Below, one piece after another: positions 49,471-63,876 of a DNA stretch of 64,000 bases (position 1 is its first letter; each line of letters begins with the position of its first letter). Below the pieces are notes generated by a model. It ran no database searches and was not told the DNA's origin. It saw nothing but the letters and a program-made list of their open reading frames with translations. Origin of the DNA: Octopus sinensis (Eukaryota); the NCBI RefSeq assembly GCF_006345805.1, contig NC_043010.1:24924001-24988000 (forward strand). Reading direction: 5' to 3'. Both the position numbers and the translations under genes were made by a program.

Positions 49471-50718
49471 TGTTTTGCAACCATACTCCCCCTGGAACCG
49501 ACTATGATTTCCCGCGCAGGCTCCCCGCCAGGTCATCGAAGCGAACGCCGGCGGAGCGCCAGTCGGCATCGTTTACGGTCGGAACTACGACGGTATCTGA
49601 TCGTCTTCGAACCTCCGACTTTCGCTCTTGATCGAGGAAAACGTGCTTGCCACACGCCGTCGCTGCAGTGCGTCTTGCGACGATCCAAGAATTTCAACTC
49701 TAACGTCGCAATACGAGTGGCCCCGATCGCTCCCTTCGATCATTGCCTCGTCGTGAATGGAGACCGACGGATGACGCGCGGACGAGGCCATTTTCCATCA
49801 TTCCATGCTTTTCGTATGCAAGCCGGCGGGGCTCGCTCTGAGCACTCTAATTTTTTCACAGTGAACGTACCGGCCGCCTCGGACACTCGGCGAAGAGCAC
49901 CCTCGGAGGAACCGTGCGGGCCGAAACGACCGGGAGGTGGACGCGCTACTACCGCTAGAACGCGAACGGCGACGACGCCCAATAGCGCACCCGCCTCGTG
50001 GCTCCCGTGCGCGCCGGACCGACCCGCGCCGTTGAGGGCGCAGGCGCGAAACCGGACACGACGCGGCGCGGACGAAGACGAGCGCTGGACGGGGTGCCGA
50101 GTCGCGGCGGCGACGCGAGCAGAGCTCCGCGGCCCGACCGCGCACGCACCAGCGAATAGGGCCGGGAGTGCGAACGGACGACCGAAGCGGACGCGCCAGA
50201 AGCGCGCCTGCGACGGCACTGTCGGCCACCACGGTCGGCACTGACCGGGCCGTCGACAGTTGATAGGGCGGACTCGCGGGGGACCCGTCGCGCGAAGGCT
50301 AGTGCGATACTAGCCCGTGCGATCGTACTGACAGTTATCCAGAGTCACCGCGACCAATGCGGAAGGCCGACCGTATCGTCGCGAACGAGAGGGAAGGGCG
50401 CGGATGCGCCGCCCCCGAACCGGCCGAGCGGACGCCGGCGGCGAACGACGGCGACGCCGCGAAGACGCGACGGCTGCCGAACGCCGTTTTCGAGCCCGAC
50501 GCCCGGGTGCGACCTGCGATCGCGGCTTCGGTTGCATGTATTAGCTCTAGAATTGCCACAGTTATCCACCTTCCTCGCGGTGGAAGAATACGGTCCCGAG
50601 GATTAGGTCCGGTTCCTGAGCCATTCGCGGTTTCACCATTCGTTTACGGCATGAACTTACACTTGCATGGCTTAAGCTTTGAGACAAGCATATGACTACT
50701 GGCAGGATCAACCAGCTA
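48575..50718 (-). rRNA. 18S: 18S rRNA with GC-rich expansions and internal deletions (probably pseudogenic or mis-assembled)
   Basis: The 5' end is CTGGTTGATCCTGCCAGT and the 3' end is CCTGCGGAAGGATCATTA. Internal conserved blocks are present, but the GCCAGCAGCCGCGGTAA region was not found. Confidence 0.9.
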
Positions 50719-51800
50719 TCACCGACGTTTCGAGAGAACGAAGCGCGGCGGGAGCGGCGCGGAAGCTCGGGAAGCAGCCGCCGCCGATCGGAAAAAAACG
50801 AGAAGAAAAGGAATCGGAGGGGCCGAAAACGGGCGCGGGCGCTCACGAGTTCGGCCGCCGTTCGTATACGCGCGCGCCTCCTCCAACGCTGGGGCGGAAG
50901 AGGCGAAAACAAAGGAGTCAACGCGCGAAGAAGCGTTCGCGGAACAAAAACGGTTTACGATCCGACTGCCGCACACCGGTGCCGCTGCGGACGGGCTCCG
51001 GTGCGGGTCGATTGGAAGTGGGGCCGGTTCCGGGCGGAAGAGGAGGAGGCGAAGAAGGCCAGCGACTAAGTCGGCAGACGAGAGGGGCAGCGGCGATTGG
51101 CGGGCCCGCTGCAGCTTTTAGACTCGCCCGGCGCCCTATGCGTCGGTGGTCGCTTCCTCCTCCTAATCCTTTCGAAACGGCTGCGATGAACTGCGTCCGG
51201 ACTGCAGTCAACGAGCGAGTGCCATGACGGTTGTCGCCACGAAAACGACGCGCGCCAAGGCGGGGTGATGCCGGGAGGGGGAAGCTGCAGAAACGCTACG
51301 AGGCAGCGAAACCCGGAGTTGAAGCCACGGTTCTGTCCAGGGAAGAAGGGACAGACACGGCACCGCTCTCTTTCGGAGACGCCGCGTCGCCTGTGGCGGA
51401 ACGGGAAGCGAGGGCTAGCCCGTCCGCCGCGCCGGCGGCGACACGACACAAGGTCAGCGGCGTAACCTGACCGGGACCTCGGCTGCGAAGACGAGGCCGG
51501 GGGTCAGAGGAGGAGGCGAGAGAAAATGCGGTAACGAGAAGGGGGTTCGATTGAGAGAGGACGAACCTGCGGGCGTTGAAAGGTGGGCGTGAAGAGGCGG
51601 GCAGACGCGGGCGTCGAGGGAACGCGTCTGAAAGGCGGGCAGTGTGGCGGCGGCGGCAGAGATTCGAGGACGCGCCAGCCGTGTAGAGTCAACCTTGCAC
51701 CGGCAATAGGGGAGCTAACCGTTGGCAGAAAGGAGCGTCGATAACACCTAGAGCGTGACTATCCAGCCGATGCCGACCCATAAGCCTACAAGTCTGATTC
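50719..51800 (-). other. 5' external transcribed spacer / promoter-proximal region (inferred)
   Basis: GC-rich sequence between the 18S 5' end and the IGS subrepeats. The start site was not located. Confidence 0.55.
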
Positions 51801-52609
51801 TTTCGACTTACGGGTCGGACCACGTCGCTCCATTTACCCGGTGCGTATCGCAACACACCCACCGAGACTGACGGCATCGATCGCGCCTACGTCCACGTGT
51901 ACGTGGGCGACACCGCGAGGTTCTCTTCAGCCTAACTTCAGCCTGGAGCTGAGGGCGAAGGCGGGCGCGGGCCCGCCGCTATCGCCCGATACCTGCACTG
52001 GCCGCAGTTTGTCATCTTTCGGGAACTTACGGGACGGACCAAGTCGCCGTATCGAACGCCTCTACCTCCCAACATCGGTCGCGGCTACGTCCACGCGTAC
52101 GTGGGCGATACCGCGCGCTTAGTTTCGTGCTTTCCATTTCACGCACGGTAGGGCGGCGGAGACGCGGGCGACCGGCGCAGGCCTGCCGCTACCTCGTGCT
52201 AGCTGCAGTTTGTCATCTTTCGGGATTTTACGGGACGGACCACGTCGCCGTATCAAGCGCGGGTATCTCGTGAACGCCTTCCGGCATCTTTGTGTCTATT
52301 TTATGTGTTTTGTTGATTTTTGTTGTGTACTGTGTGTTTTGTTTCTTGTTTGTGTTTCGCGTGTATTTTGCAATATTTCAAGGTTTGGTTTTTTTAATTA
52401 GTGTTTTTTCTTTTTAATTTGTGTGTTTTGTGTGTAATTTGTGTGGTTTTTGTGAGTGGAGTGTGTGTGTGCTTTTTGTATTTTGTGTGTTTAGTGGATA
52501 TTTTTTTCATCTTTTTTGTAGACTTTTGTGTTTCGTGTGTTTCCTGTGTGGATGTGTGTAATTTGTGTGTTTTCTCTTTGGGTCGTGTGCGTTTTGTGTG
52601 TGTTAGATG

Positions 52610-55600
52610 ACTGTTTCACAAGTTTTCAGGATACTAAATACTCAAAATATTGCATTGAAGGACTAATTTGTGTAAGCAATTTTGTTTACTTCTGTTCTTA
52701 GAATATATTTACACAATTTGTTTTCTGAATACTTCTGTTACTTGACTGAATTCTTGGGTAAATATCAGTTAAGTCTATATTTATCAAACAGATTACAAAA
52801 ATGTCAAGAATATTGCAAATAAATACTGAAGAACAAAATTGAGTTAGCAATTTTGTTCAATTTCTTATGCGTAATTGCAATGTTGTGACGTTTTATTTTC
52901 AGGATACAAAATGTGTCAAGATATTGCGAATTTTGTTCACATTCTTATGCAATATTTTGACACATTTTATTCTCAAAAATATGGCAAATAAGTATTGAAA
53001 AACATTAAAACTTGAGTTATCAATTTTGTTCACTTTGTAATGCTCAATTGCAATATTTCAACGTTTTTTTAAGTTGCAATTTTGTTCCCTTTTATATACT
53101 TATTTGCAATATATTTACATATTTTGTTTTTTGAAAACTTTTGTGACTATTAAGTAAAATGTCAAAAGTTTTCAGAATACAAAGTGTGTCAAAATAAACT
53201 ATAAATTTAAGTTTGCAATTTTGTTCACTATGTTATGCTTATTTACAATATTTTAAAAAAATTTATTTACTGGAAACTTTTGTGACGCGTACTAAATACA
53301 ACTTTTAAGTTGCAATTTTTTTGTGACTATTGTGAATCAATCAGTTAACATTTGTTAAGTGATTGATTCACAAAAATGTCAAAAGTTTTCATGATACAAA
53401 GTGTGTCAAAATAAACAATATATTTTAAGTTTGCAATTTTGTTCACTTTCTTATGCTTGATTGCAATATTTTGACATTTTGTTTTCTGATTCACAAAGAG
53501 ATCACGAAAATGTTTAAAGTTTTCAGGATACAAAATGTGTCAGAAGCAATTAAACACTAACTTTAAGTTAGCAATTTTGTTCACGTTTGTTATGCTTAAT
53601 TACAATACTTTGACAAAATTTGTTTTCTGAAAACTTTTGATTGATAATAAGATTATATTTATCAAAGAAATCAAAAAAAGTGTCAAAATATTGCAAATAA
53701 GTACTAAAAAACCAATTTCAGTTAAGGGAACAAAATTGCAGCTTAAAAGATGTATTTAGTACTTATTTGCAATATTTTGACAAATTTTGATTCCTGATAA
53801 TCTTTTAATTACAATATATTGACACATTTTGACTATTTGGTAAATATGTTAACTGATTGATTCACAAAAATGGGAAAAGTTTGAAATGTGTTTTCTCAGA
53901 AATTTTGTGACGCATGATCTCTTGGGTAAATATGTTACTTGATTCATAATAAGATTATATCTTGGGTAAACATAAGCTAATTGATTGATAAGATGATTAT
54001 GTTTATCAAAGAAATCAAGATAAAGTGTCAAAATATGCAAATAACTACTAAAAAACAACTTTTGATTGATACGATTATATCCACAAAGAGATAGAAGGAT
54101 ACAAAGTTTCACAAGTAAACACTACATTTGAGTTAGCAATTTTGTTCACTTTTGTTATGCTTAATTATAATATTTTAACAAATTTAGTTTTCTGAAAACT
54201 TTTGTTATTGGGTGTAAATGTCAAATGTTTTCAGGATACAAAGTGTGTCAAAATAAACAAATTTGAGAGTAATTTTGCTCACTTTTCTTAAAATATTGCA
54301 AAATTTGTTAAAATATTGCAAAGAAGTACTAAAAAACAAGATTTACAGGTTTTCTTTACTTTCTTATGCTTATTTCCAAAATTTTGACATTTTTTTTGTC
54401 TGCAGGAATCAAAATGTGTCAAAATATTGCAAATAAGTACTAAATACAACTTTTAAGTTGCAATTTTATTCCCTTTTATATGCTTATTTCCAATATATTG
54501 ACACATGCTTTTGTGTCAAAATATTGCAAAGAAGTACTAAAAAAATTGAGTTACAAGTTTTGTTTACTTTCTTATGCTTATTTATTTTGACAATTTGTTT
54601 CCTGCAGGTATCAAAATGTGTCAGAATTTGCAACTAAGTTCGACCGACCCCTCTTGTGAGCCCCGCCTCCCGCCCCAACGAGCGTGCACGGATGTCGGAA
54701 CGTGCGAACATTTAAGTTGCAATTTTGTTTCCCTTTATATGCTTATTTGCAATATTTTGACATTTCTTCTTTGTTTGAAAACTTTTGTGAAAACTTTTCT
54801 GAAAAATTTTGTGACGCGTGATCTCTTGGGTAAATATAAGTTAATCGATTCATAATAAGATTATATTTATCAAAGAGATCAAAATATCGTGTCTATTGTG
54901 ACTATCAATCAGTTAACATATTTGTTAACTGATTGATTCACAAAAATGTCAAAAGTTTTCAGGATACGTCAAAATAAACTTGCAAGTAAGTACTAAAAAA
55001 TAATTTAAGTTACAAGTTTTGTTCACTTTCTTATGCTTATTTCCAATATTTTAGCATTATTTATTTCTGAGAACTTTTGTGACGTGATCTCTTGCGTAAA
55101 TACCAGTTCACTGGTTCGTAAAAAGATTATCAGGATTCAAAACGTGACAAATATTGCAAGTAAGTATAAATATGTTGCAAATAAGTACTAAATAAGGTGC
55201 AATTTTATTCCCTTTTATATGCTTATTTTCAATATATTGACACATTTTGTTTTTTGAAGACTTTTGAAATTTGATTGATTATATTTATCATGAAGATAAA
55301 AGTTATAAGTTTTGTTTACTTTCTTATGCTTATTTCTAATATTTTGACAATTTGTTTTCTGCAGGAATCAAAATTTGCAAATAAGTACTAAATACAACAT
55401 TTAAGTTGCAATTTTGTTTCCTTTTATATGCTTATTTGCAATATTTTGACATTTTTTCTTTGTTTGAAAACTTTTGTGACTATTGGGTAAATATTTTATC
55501 TGATTGATTCACGAAAATGTGAAAAGTTTGCAATTTTTCTGAAAAATTTTGTGATGCGTGATCTCTTGGGTAAATATAAGTTAATCGATTTATAATAAGA

Positions 55601-58600
55601 TTATATTTATCAAAAAGATCAAAATATCGTGTCTATTGTGACTATCAATCAGTTTACATATTTATGTTAACTGATTGATTCACAAACATTGCAAGAAAGT
55701 ACTAAAAAACAATTTAAGTTACAAGTTCTGTTCACTTTCTTATGCTTATTTCCAATATTTTGGCATTATTTATTTCTGAGAATTTTGTGACAAGTGATCT
55801 CTTGGTAAATTCAGTTCACTGGTGATAAAAAGATTATCAGGATTCAAAACGTGACAAATATTGCAAGTAAGTACTAAGTATGTTGCAAATAAGTACTAAA
55901 TAAGGTGCAATTTTATTCCCTTTTATATGCTTATTTTCAATATAATGACACATCTTGTTTTTTGAAGACTTTTGAAATTTCATTGATTATATTTATCATA
56001 AAGATAAAAAAAAAAGTGTCAAAATATTGCAAAGAAGTACTAAAAAAATTGTGTTATAAGTTTTGTTTACTTTCTTATGTGTCAAAATATTGCAAATAAT
56101 TACTAAATACAACTTTTAAGTTGCAATTTTAAAAGCTTATTTTCAATATATTGACACATCTTGTTTTTGAAAACTTTGAAAGTGTCAAATTATTGCAAAG
56201 AAGTACTAAAAAAATTGTGTTACAAGTTTTATTTACTTATTTCTAATATTTTGACAATTTGTTTTCTGCAGGAATCAAAATTTGCAAATAAGTACTAAAT
56301 ACAAATATTGCAAGTAAGTACTAAATATGTTGCAAATAAGTACTAAATAAGGTGCAATTTTATTCCCTTTTATATGCCTATTTTCAATATATTGACACAT
56401 CTTGTTTTTTGAAGACTTTTGAAATTTGATTATATTTATCAAAATAAAAAAAAAAGTGTCAAAATATTGCAAAAGATACTAAAAAAATTGTGTTATAAGT
56501 TTTGTGTTTACTTTCTTATGTGTCAAAATATTGCAAATAATTACTAAATACAACTTTTAAGTTGCAATTTTATAAGCTTATTTTCAATATATTGACACAT
56601 CTTGTTTTTTGAAAACTTTGAAAGTGTCAAAATATTGCAAAGAAGTACTAAAAAAATTGTGTTACAAGTTTTGTTTACTTATTTCTAATATTTTGACAAT
56701 TTGTTTTCTGCAGGAATCAAAATTTGCAAATAAGTACAACAAATAAATACAACATTTAAGTTGCAATTTTGTTTCCTTTTATATGCTTATTTGCAATATT
56801 TTGACATTTTTTCTTTGTTTGAAAACTTTTGTGACTATTAGGTAACTATTTTATCTGATTGATTCACAAAAATGTGGAAAGTTTGCAATTTTTCTGAAAC
56901 ATTTTGTGACGCGTGATCTCTTGGGTAAGTTAATCGATTCATAATAAGATTATATTTATCAAAAAGATCAAAATATCGTGTCTATTGTGACTATCAATCT
57001 GTTAACATATTTATTTTAACTGATTGATTCACAAAAATGTCAAAAGTTTTCAGGATACGTCAAAATAAACTTTGTTATGCTTAAATGCAAAACATTGCAA
57101 GTACTAAAAAACAATTTAAGTTACAAGTTTTGTTCACTTTCTTATGCTTATTTCCAATATTTTGGCATTATTTATTTCTGGGAATTTTGTGACAAGTGAT
57201 CTCTTGAAAAGTTTGCAATTTTTCTGAAAAATTTTGTGATGCGTGATCTCTTGGGTAAATATAAGTTAATCGATTTATAATAGGATTATATTTATCAAAA
57301 AGATCAAAATATCGTGTCTATTGTGACTATCAATCAGTTTACATATTTATGTTAACTGATTGATTCACAAACATTGCAAGTAAGTACTAAAAAACAATTT
57401 AAGTTACAAGTTCTGTTCACTTTCTTATGCTTATTTCCAATATTTTGGCATTATTTATTTCTGAGAATTTTGTGACAAGTGATCTCTTGGGTAAATATCA
57501 GTTCACTGGTTGATAAAAAGATTATCAGGATTCAAAACGTGACAAATATTGCAAGTAAGTACTAAGTATGTTGCAAATAAGTACTAAATAAGGTGCAATT
57601 TTATTCCCTTTTATATGCTTATTTTCAATATATTGACACATCTTGTTTTTTGAAGACTTTTGAAATTTCATTGATTATATTTATCATAAAGATAAAAAAA
57701 AGTGTCAAAATATTGCAAAGAAGTACTAAAAAAATTGTGTTATAAGTTTTGTGTTATAAGTAAGTACTAAAAAACAATTTAAGTTACAAGTTTTGTTCAC
57801 TTTCTTATGCTTATTTCCAATATTTTGGCATTATTTATTGCTGAGAATTTTGTGACAAGTGATCTCTTGGGTAAATATCAGTTCACTGGTTGATAAAAAG
57901 ATTATCAGGATTCAAAACGTGACAAATATTGCAAGTAAGTATAAATATGTTGCAAATAAGTACTAAATAAGGTGCAATTTTATTCCCTTTTATATGCTTA
58001 TTTTCAATATATTGACACATTTTGTTTTTTGAAGACTTTTGAAATTTGATTGATTATATTTATCATGAAGATAAAAAAAAAAGTATCAAAATATTGCAAA
58101 CTAAAAAAATTGAGTTATAAGTTTTGTTTACTTTCTTATGCTTATTTCTAATATTTTGACAATTTGTTTTCTGCAGGAATCAAAATTTGCAAATAAGTAC
58201 TAAATACAACATTTAAGTTGCAATTTTGTTTCCTTTTATATGCTTATTTGCAATATTTTGACATTTTTTCTTTGTTTGAAAACTTTTGTGACTATTGGGT
58301 AAATATTTTATCTGATTGATTCACGAAAATGTGAAAAGTTTGCAATTTTTCTGAAAAATTTTGTGATGCGTGATCTCTTGTTAAGTTAATCGATTTATAT
58401 AATATAAGTTAATCGATTTATAATAAGATTATATTTATCAAAAAGATCAAAATATCGTGTCTATTGTGACTATCAATCAGTTTACATATTTATGTTAACT
58501 GATTGATTCACAAACATTGCAAGTAAGTACTAAAAAACAATTTAAGTTACAAGTTCTGTTCACTTTCTTATGCTTATTTCCAATATTTTGGCATTATTTA

Positions 58601-60958
58601 TTTCTGAGAATTTTGTGACAAGTGATCTCTTGGGTAAATATCAGTTCACTGGTTGATAAAAAGATTATCAGGATTCAAAACGTGACAAATATTGCAAGTA
58701 AGTACTAAATATGTTGAAAATAAGTACTAAATAAGGTGCAATTTTATTCCCTTTTATATGCTTATTTTCAATATATTGACACATCTTGTTTTTTGAAGAC
58801 TTTTGAAATTTCATTGATTATATTTATCATAAAGATAAAAAAAAAAAGTGTCAAAATATTGCAAAGAAGTACTAAAAAAATTGTGTTATAAGTTTTGTGT
58901 TATAAGTAAGTACTAAAAAACAATTTAAGTTACAAGTTTTGTTCACTTTCTTATGCTTATTTCCAATATTTTGGCATTATTTATTGCTGAGAATTTTGTG
59001 ACAAGTGATCTCTTGGGTAAATATCAGTTCACTGGTTGATAAAAAGATTATCAGGATTCAAAACGTGACAAATATTGCAAGTAAGTATAAATATGTTGCA
59101 AATAAGTACTAAATAAGGTGCAATTTTATTCCCTTTTATATGCTTATTTTCAATATATTGACACATTTTGTTTTTTGAAGACTTTTGAAATTTGATTGAT
59201 TATATTTATCATGAAGAAAAGAAAAAGTATCAAAATATTGCAACTAAAAAATTGAGTTATAAGTTTTGTTTACTTTCTTATGCTTATTTCTAATATTTTG
59301 ACAATTTGTTTTCTGCAGGAATCAAAATTTGCAAATAAGTACTAAATACAACATTTAAGTTGCAATTTTGTTTCCTTTTATATGCTTATTTGCAATATTT
59401 TGACATTTTTTCTTTGTTTGAAAACTTTTGTGACTATTGGGTAAATATTTTATCTGATTGATTCACGAAAATGTGAAAAGTTTGCAATTTTTCTGAAAAA
59501 TTTTGTGATGCGTGATCTCTTGTTAAGTTAATCGATTTATATAATATAAGTTAATCGATTTATAATAAGATTATATTTATCAAAAAGATCAAAATATCGT
59601 GTCTATTGTGACTATCAATCAGTTTACATATTTATGTTAACTGATTGATTCACAAACATTGCAAGTAAGTACTAAAAAACAATTTAAGTTACAAGTTCTG
59701 TTCACTTTCTTATGCTTATTTCCAATATTTTGGCATTATTTATTTCTGAGAATTTTGTGACAAGTGATCTCTTGGGTAAATATCAGTTCACTGGTTGAAA
59801 AAAAAGATTATCAGGATTCAAAACGTGACAAATATTGCAAGTAAGTACTAAGTATGTTGCAAATAAGTACTAAATAAGGTGCAATTTTATTCCCTTTTAT
59901 ATGCTTATTTTCAATATATTGACACATCTTGTTTTTTGAAGACTTTTGAAATTTGATTGATTATATTTATCATAAAGATAAAAAAAAGTGTCAAAATATT
60001 GCAAAGAAGTACTAAAAAAATTGTGTTATAAGTTTTGTGTTATAAGTAAGTACTAAAAAACAATTTAAGTTACAAGTTTTGTTCACTTTCTTATGCTTAT
60101 TTCCAATATTTTGGCATTATTTATTGCTGAGAATTTTGTGACAAGTGATCTCTTGGGTAAATATCAGTTCACTGGTTGATAAAAAGATTATCAGGATTCA
60201 AAACGTGACAAATATTGCAAGTAAGTACTAAATATGTTGAAAATAAGTACTAAATAAGGTGCAATTTTATTCCCTTTTATATGCTTATTTTCAATATATT
60301 GACACATCTTGTTTTTTGAAGACTTTTGAAATTTCATTGATTACATTTATCATAAAGATAAAAAAAAAAGTGTCAAAATATTGCAAAGAAGTACTAAAAA
60401 AATTGTGTTATAAGTTTTGTGTTATAAGTAAGTACTAAAAAACAATTTAAGTTACAAGTTTTGTTCACTTTCTTATGCTTATTTCCAATATTTTGGCATT
60501 ATTTATTGCTGAGAATTTTGTGACAAGTGATCTCTTGGGTAAATATCAGTTCACTGGTTGATAAAAAGATTATCAGGATTCAAAACGTGACAAATATTGC
60601 AAGTAAGTATAATATGTTGTGCAAATAAGTACTAAATAAGGTGCAATTTTATTCCCTTTTATATGCTTATTTTCAATATATTGACACATTTTGTTTTTTG
60701 AAGACTTTTGAAATTTCATTGATTATATTTATCATGAAGATAAAAAAAAAAGTATCAAAATATTGCAAACTAAAAATTGAGTTATAAGTTTTGTTACTTT
60801 CTTATGCTTATTCTAATATTTTGACAATTTTTTTTCTGCAGGAATCAAATTTGCAAATAAGTACTAATAAAACATTTAAGTTGCAATTTTGTTTCCTTTT
60901 TATGCTTATTTGCAATATTTTGACATTTTTTCTTTGTTTGAAAACTTTGTGACTATTG
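52610..60958. repeat. AT-rich satellite with ~1.14 kb higher-order unit built of ~380 bp related monomers
   Basis: CTGCAGGAATCAAAATTTGC recurs at ~58,171 and ~59,313 (1,142 bp apart). AAATATTGCAA, TAAGTACTAAA and GTGTCAAAA motifs recur throughout. Confidence 0.85.
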
Positions 60959-61058
60959 NNNNNNNNNNNNNNNNNNNNNNNNNNNNNNNNNNNNNNNNNN
61001 NNNNNNNNNNNNNNNNNNNNNNNNNNNNNNNNNNNNNNNNNNNNNNNNNNNNNNNNNN
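60959..61058. other. Assembly gap (100 N)
   Basis: Run of N. Confidence 1.
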
Positions 61059-61268
61059 CAGTAGGGTGTCATAGAAACTGTCTTTCTGTCCATCGGGTAG
61101 CCCTGGCTGAGGGGCATAGGCCGATATAATGGTGCTAATCTATTATGAAGCACTATTCTAATCTTAAGTATTCTGTCACTTACTCTGATTACCTCAATTA
61201 CTCTATCTATCCATTTCTCAGCAATAAGTATACCCACGCCACCAACCCCGTCAGTGTTCCCTGCCCAG
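61059..61268 (-). mobile_element. RTE-type APE endonuclease fragment
   Basis: GVGGVGILIAEKWIDRVIEVIRVSDRILKIRI. Confidence 0.7.
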
Positions 61269-61308
61269 ATACATATATATATATATATATAGATATACAT
61301 ATATATAT

Positions 61309-61351
<43 letters not shown>

Positions 61352-61509
61352 ATAAATTATTAGAGAGTTATCCTCTCTAATAATTTATGGATAACTCTCT
61401 AATAATTTATGTATAAATTTGTATTTTCTCCGTAGTTTTTTGTGCTAAGCCACTTGGTGTTAAATTAATGGTATTATTAAATTAATATCGATTTTTCACC
61501 CTCATTTTA

Positions 61510-61545
<36 letters not shown>

Positions 61546-62069
61546 TTATTATATAGAAGGAGCTTCTACAGGACTAGAACTGTTTCATTCAAGAGAAATC
61601 TTCAGGAAGCTAGTTAACAGAATTGTATTGGCATTTATACATTTAGGCAGGTTTAAAAGTGGTGTTGGTGGGGGACTTTTTGGGGGTAGCATAGCGCAAA
61701 TATCATACTTGGGGGAGTGGTCTATATAATAGGTAACTGCACGTACATATACTTAATATTTATTATTTATTTTTTGAGTATGCATGTATGAATATCTGCG
61801 CGTATATATATTTTACTATTTACTTATTTTTTGAGTATGCATGTAAGTATGAATATAAGGAGGTGCATGTGTGTATGTGTATGTGTAAGCATAGATATAT
61901 GTATACTTTTACGCATGTGTGTACTCATGTGTATATATGGATGCGTGTGTGTGTGTGTGTGTATGGGTACGCATGTACATGTGTATGTGCGTGTATGTGT
62001 ATATGAGTATGTATGTATGTGTGTGCGTATATTTGTATATGTATGTATGTATGTGTATGTGTGTGTATG

Positions 62070-62118
<49 letters not shown>

Positions 62119-62336
62119 ATGTGTATGTATGTATATGTATATACGTATGTGTATGTATTTGTATGTGTATGCATGCGCGTATATATATGTATGTATATGT
62201 ATACGTGTGGGTGTGTGTATGTGTATAATATATGGATGTATGGATGTATGTATACGTATGTATGTGTATGTGTGTATATTTATGTATGTGTATGTGTGTA
62301 TATATGTGTATATATGTGTATGTGTGTATGTATATG

Positions 62337-62374
<38 letters not shown>

Positions 62375-62399
62375 ATATATAACGGGAAGCTTTATGAAA

Positions 62400-63844
62400 A
62401 TAAACAAAAGACGAAGGCAGGTGGAAAACAAACGAACAATTGTATTAGTTTGGCGCTCAGGAAATATAAATAAAACAAGTCTTTAACGTTTCGAGCCTAC
62501 ACTCTTCAACAGAAAGATACACAGAGAGAGAAAAACACAGAAAGAAGGAGAGAAAAAAATGCGTGCAGTAGCTAACGAATCAACATGGCGATCTGATTTC
62601 GGCCAGAGGTCAAAGATCAAACATGAGATGCGAGAGCGAAATAAGGGGAGATAATAGGGTTGATAAAAGGGTTGAGGGACCAGCTAAAAGTGCGTGGGAG
62701 GCGTCTGGATGTGTGATGTATAGGGTTGTGTATGTATTAGTATGTATAAGGTGTGTGTGGTGTGTTTGTGTATGAGAGAGTATTAGTGCGTAAGATTGGT
62801 CTGGACGTGCGTATGTATGGGGTTGGTGTATGTATTAGTATGTATTAGTATGTATTAGTACGTATTGGTATGTATAGGTATGTGTGTGTGTGTGTGTGAG
62901 AGAGTATAAGTGCGTATGCGGGGTCTGGACGTGTGTATGTATAGGGTTGGTGTAAGTATAGTATGTACTAGTATGTATTAGTACGTATTAGTATGTATTA
63001 GTTGGTGTGTGTATTAGTATGGCACATCATATGTGATGTGATGTGTAATGTCCTGTGGGTGTAGTGAGGAGAAGAGGGGGAGGGGGATAAGAGGGGGGAG
63101 AATGGGGAGGGGAAGAAGAGGGGGAGGAGAAGGGGGAAGAGGAGAGGATGGGGGAGAAGGAAGGGGAGGAAGGGGATGAAGGAGGGAAGAGGGAGAGGGG
63201 AGAGAGGGAGTGAGGGAGCAGAGGGAAGGGGAAGAGGGAGGGAGAAAGAGGGAAGAAGGGAAGGGGAGTAGGGGTGAAAGGATGAAGGACTGAAGAAGTA
63301 GGGGTCGGGGGGAGAAAGGATAGGTGAGGAGGGGGAGAGGGGGTTAGATGAGGAGGGGGAGAGTTGAGACCAAATGGCGTATAAGAGCGAAGAGAGAGAT
63401 TAATTCCTGTTCACGGCGCAAACGGGAATCCGGATGGCCTCTGTGTAAGGACAAACCGAACACAGATAGGTGTTGCAAGGAGTGACCGGTGGAGCGGAAA
63501 TGGCGTGAGACCGGTGTGTCATTCGCAAGGTGGATGTCACGAAGGTGTTCCGCGAACTCGGTCAGCCAAGCGGCGTCCCGTTTGTCCATGTACAAGGAAT
63601 TGCAGAGAGAGCAAGAGATGCAATAGATAATATTGCTGGAGGTGCAGGTGAAGGAGTGGATGATGGGATAGGGTCGATGGTGGTGCTAGTGAGGCGGGTG
63701 GTGTTGGAGAGGTAAGGGCAAGTGCGGCAACGTGGGCGGGAGCAGGGGAACGAGCCGGGTTGGGAGGTAGGGTCAGGGAAGGAGCTATGGACCAAAAGGT
63801 CTCGAAGGTTGTGGGCTCGTTTGAAAGAGGGGAGGGGTCGGTGA

Positions 63845-63845
<1 letters not shown>
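62400..63845 (-). mobile_element. Penelope-like element 3' portion (GIY-YIG C-terminal half and 3' UTR)
   Basis: PSFKRAHNLRDLLV...PCSRPRCRTCPY and FAEHLRDI...PVSRHF...H...RREQELI motifs. Confidence 0.8.

Positions 63846-63876
<31 letters not shown>

Noticed and set aside
47900-51500. Arg/Ala-rich ORFs over the rDNA and ETS
   Set aside because: They are shadow ORFs of GC-rich rRNA and spacer sequence.
61550-61612. CUGAAGA...GAAAC...GUC on the minus strand
   Set aside because: Stem II starts with a U-U mismatch and stem I needs a 5 nt bulge, which is too weak to call.
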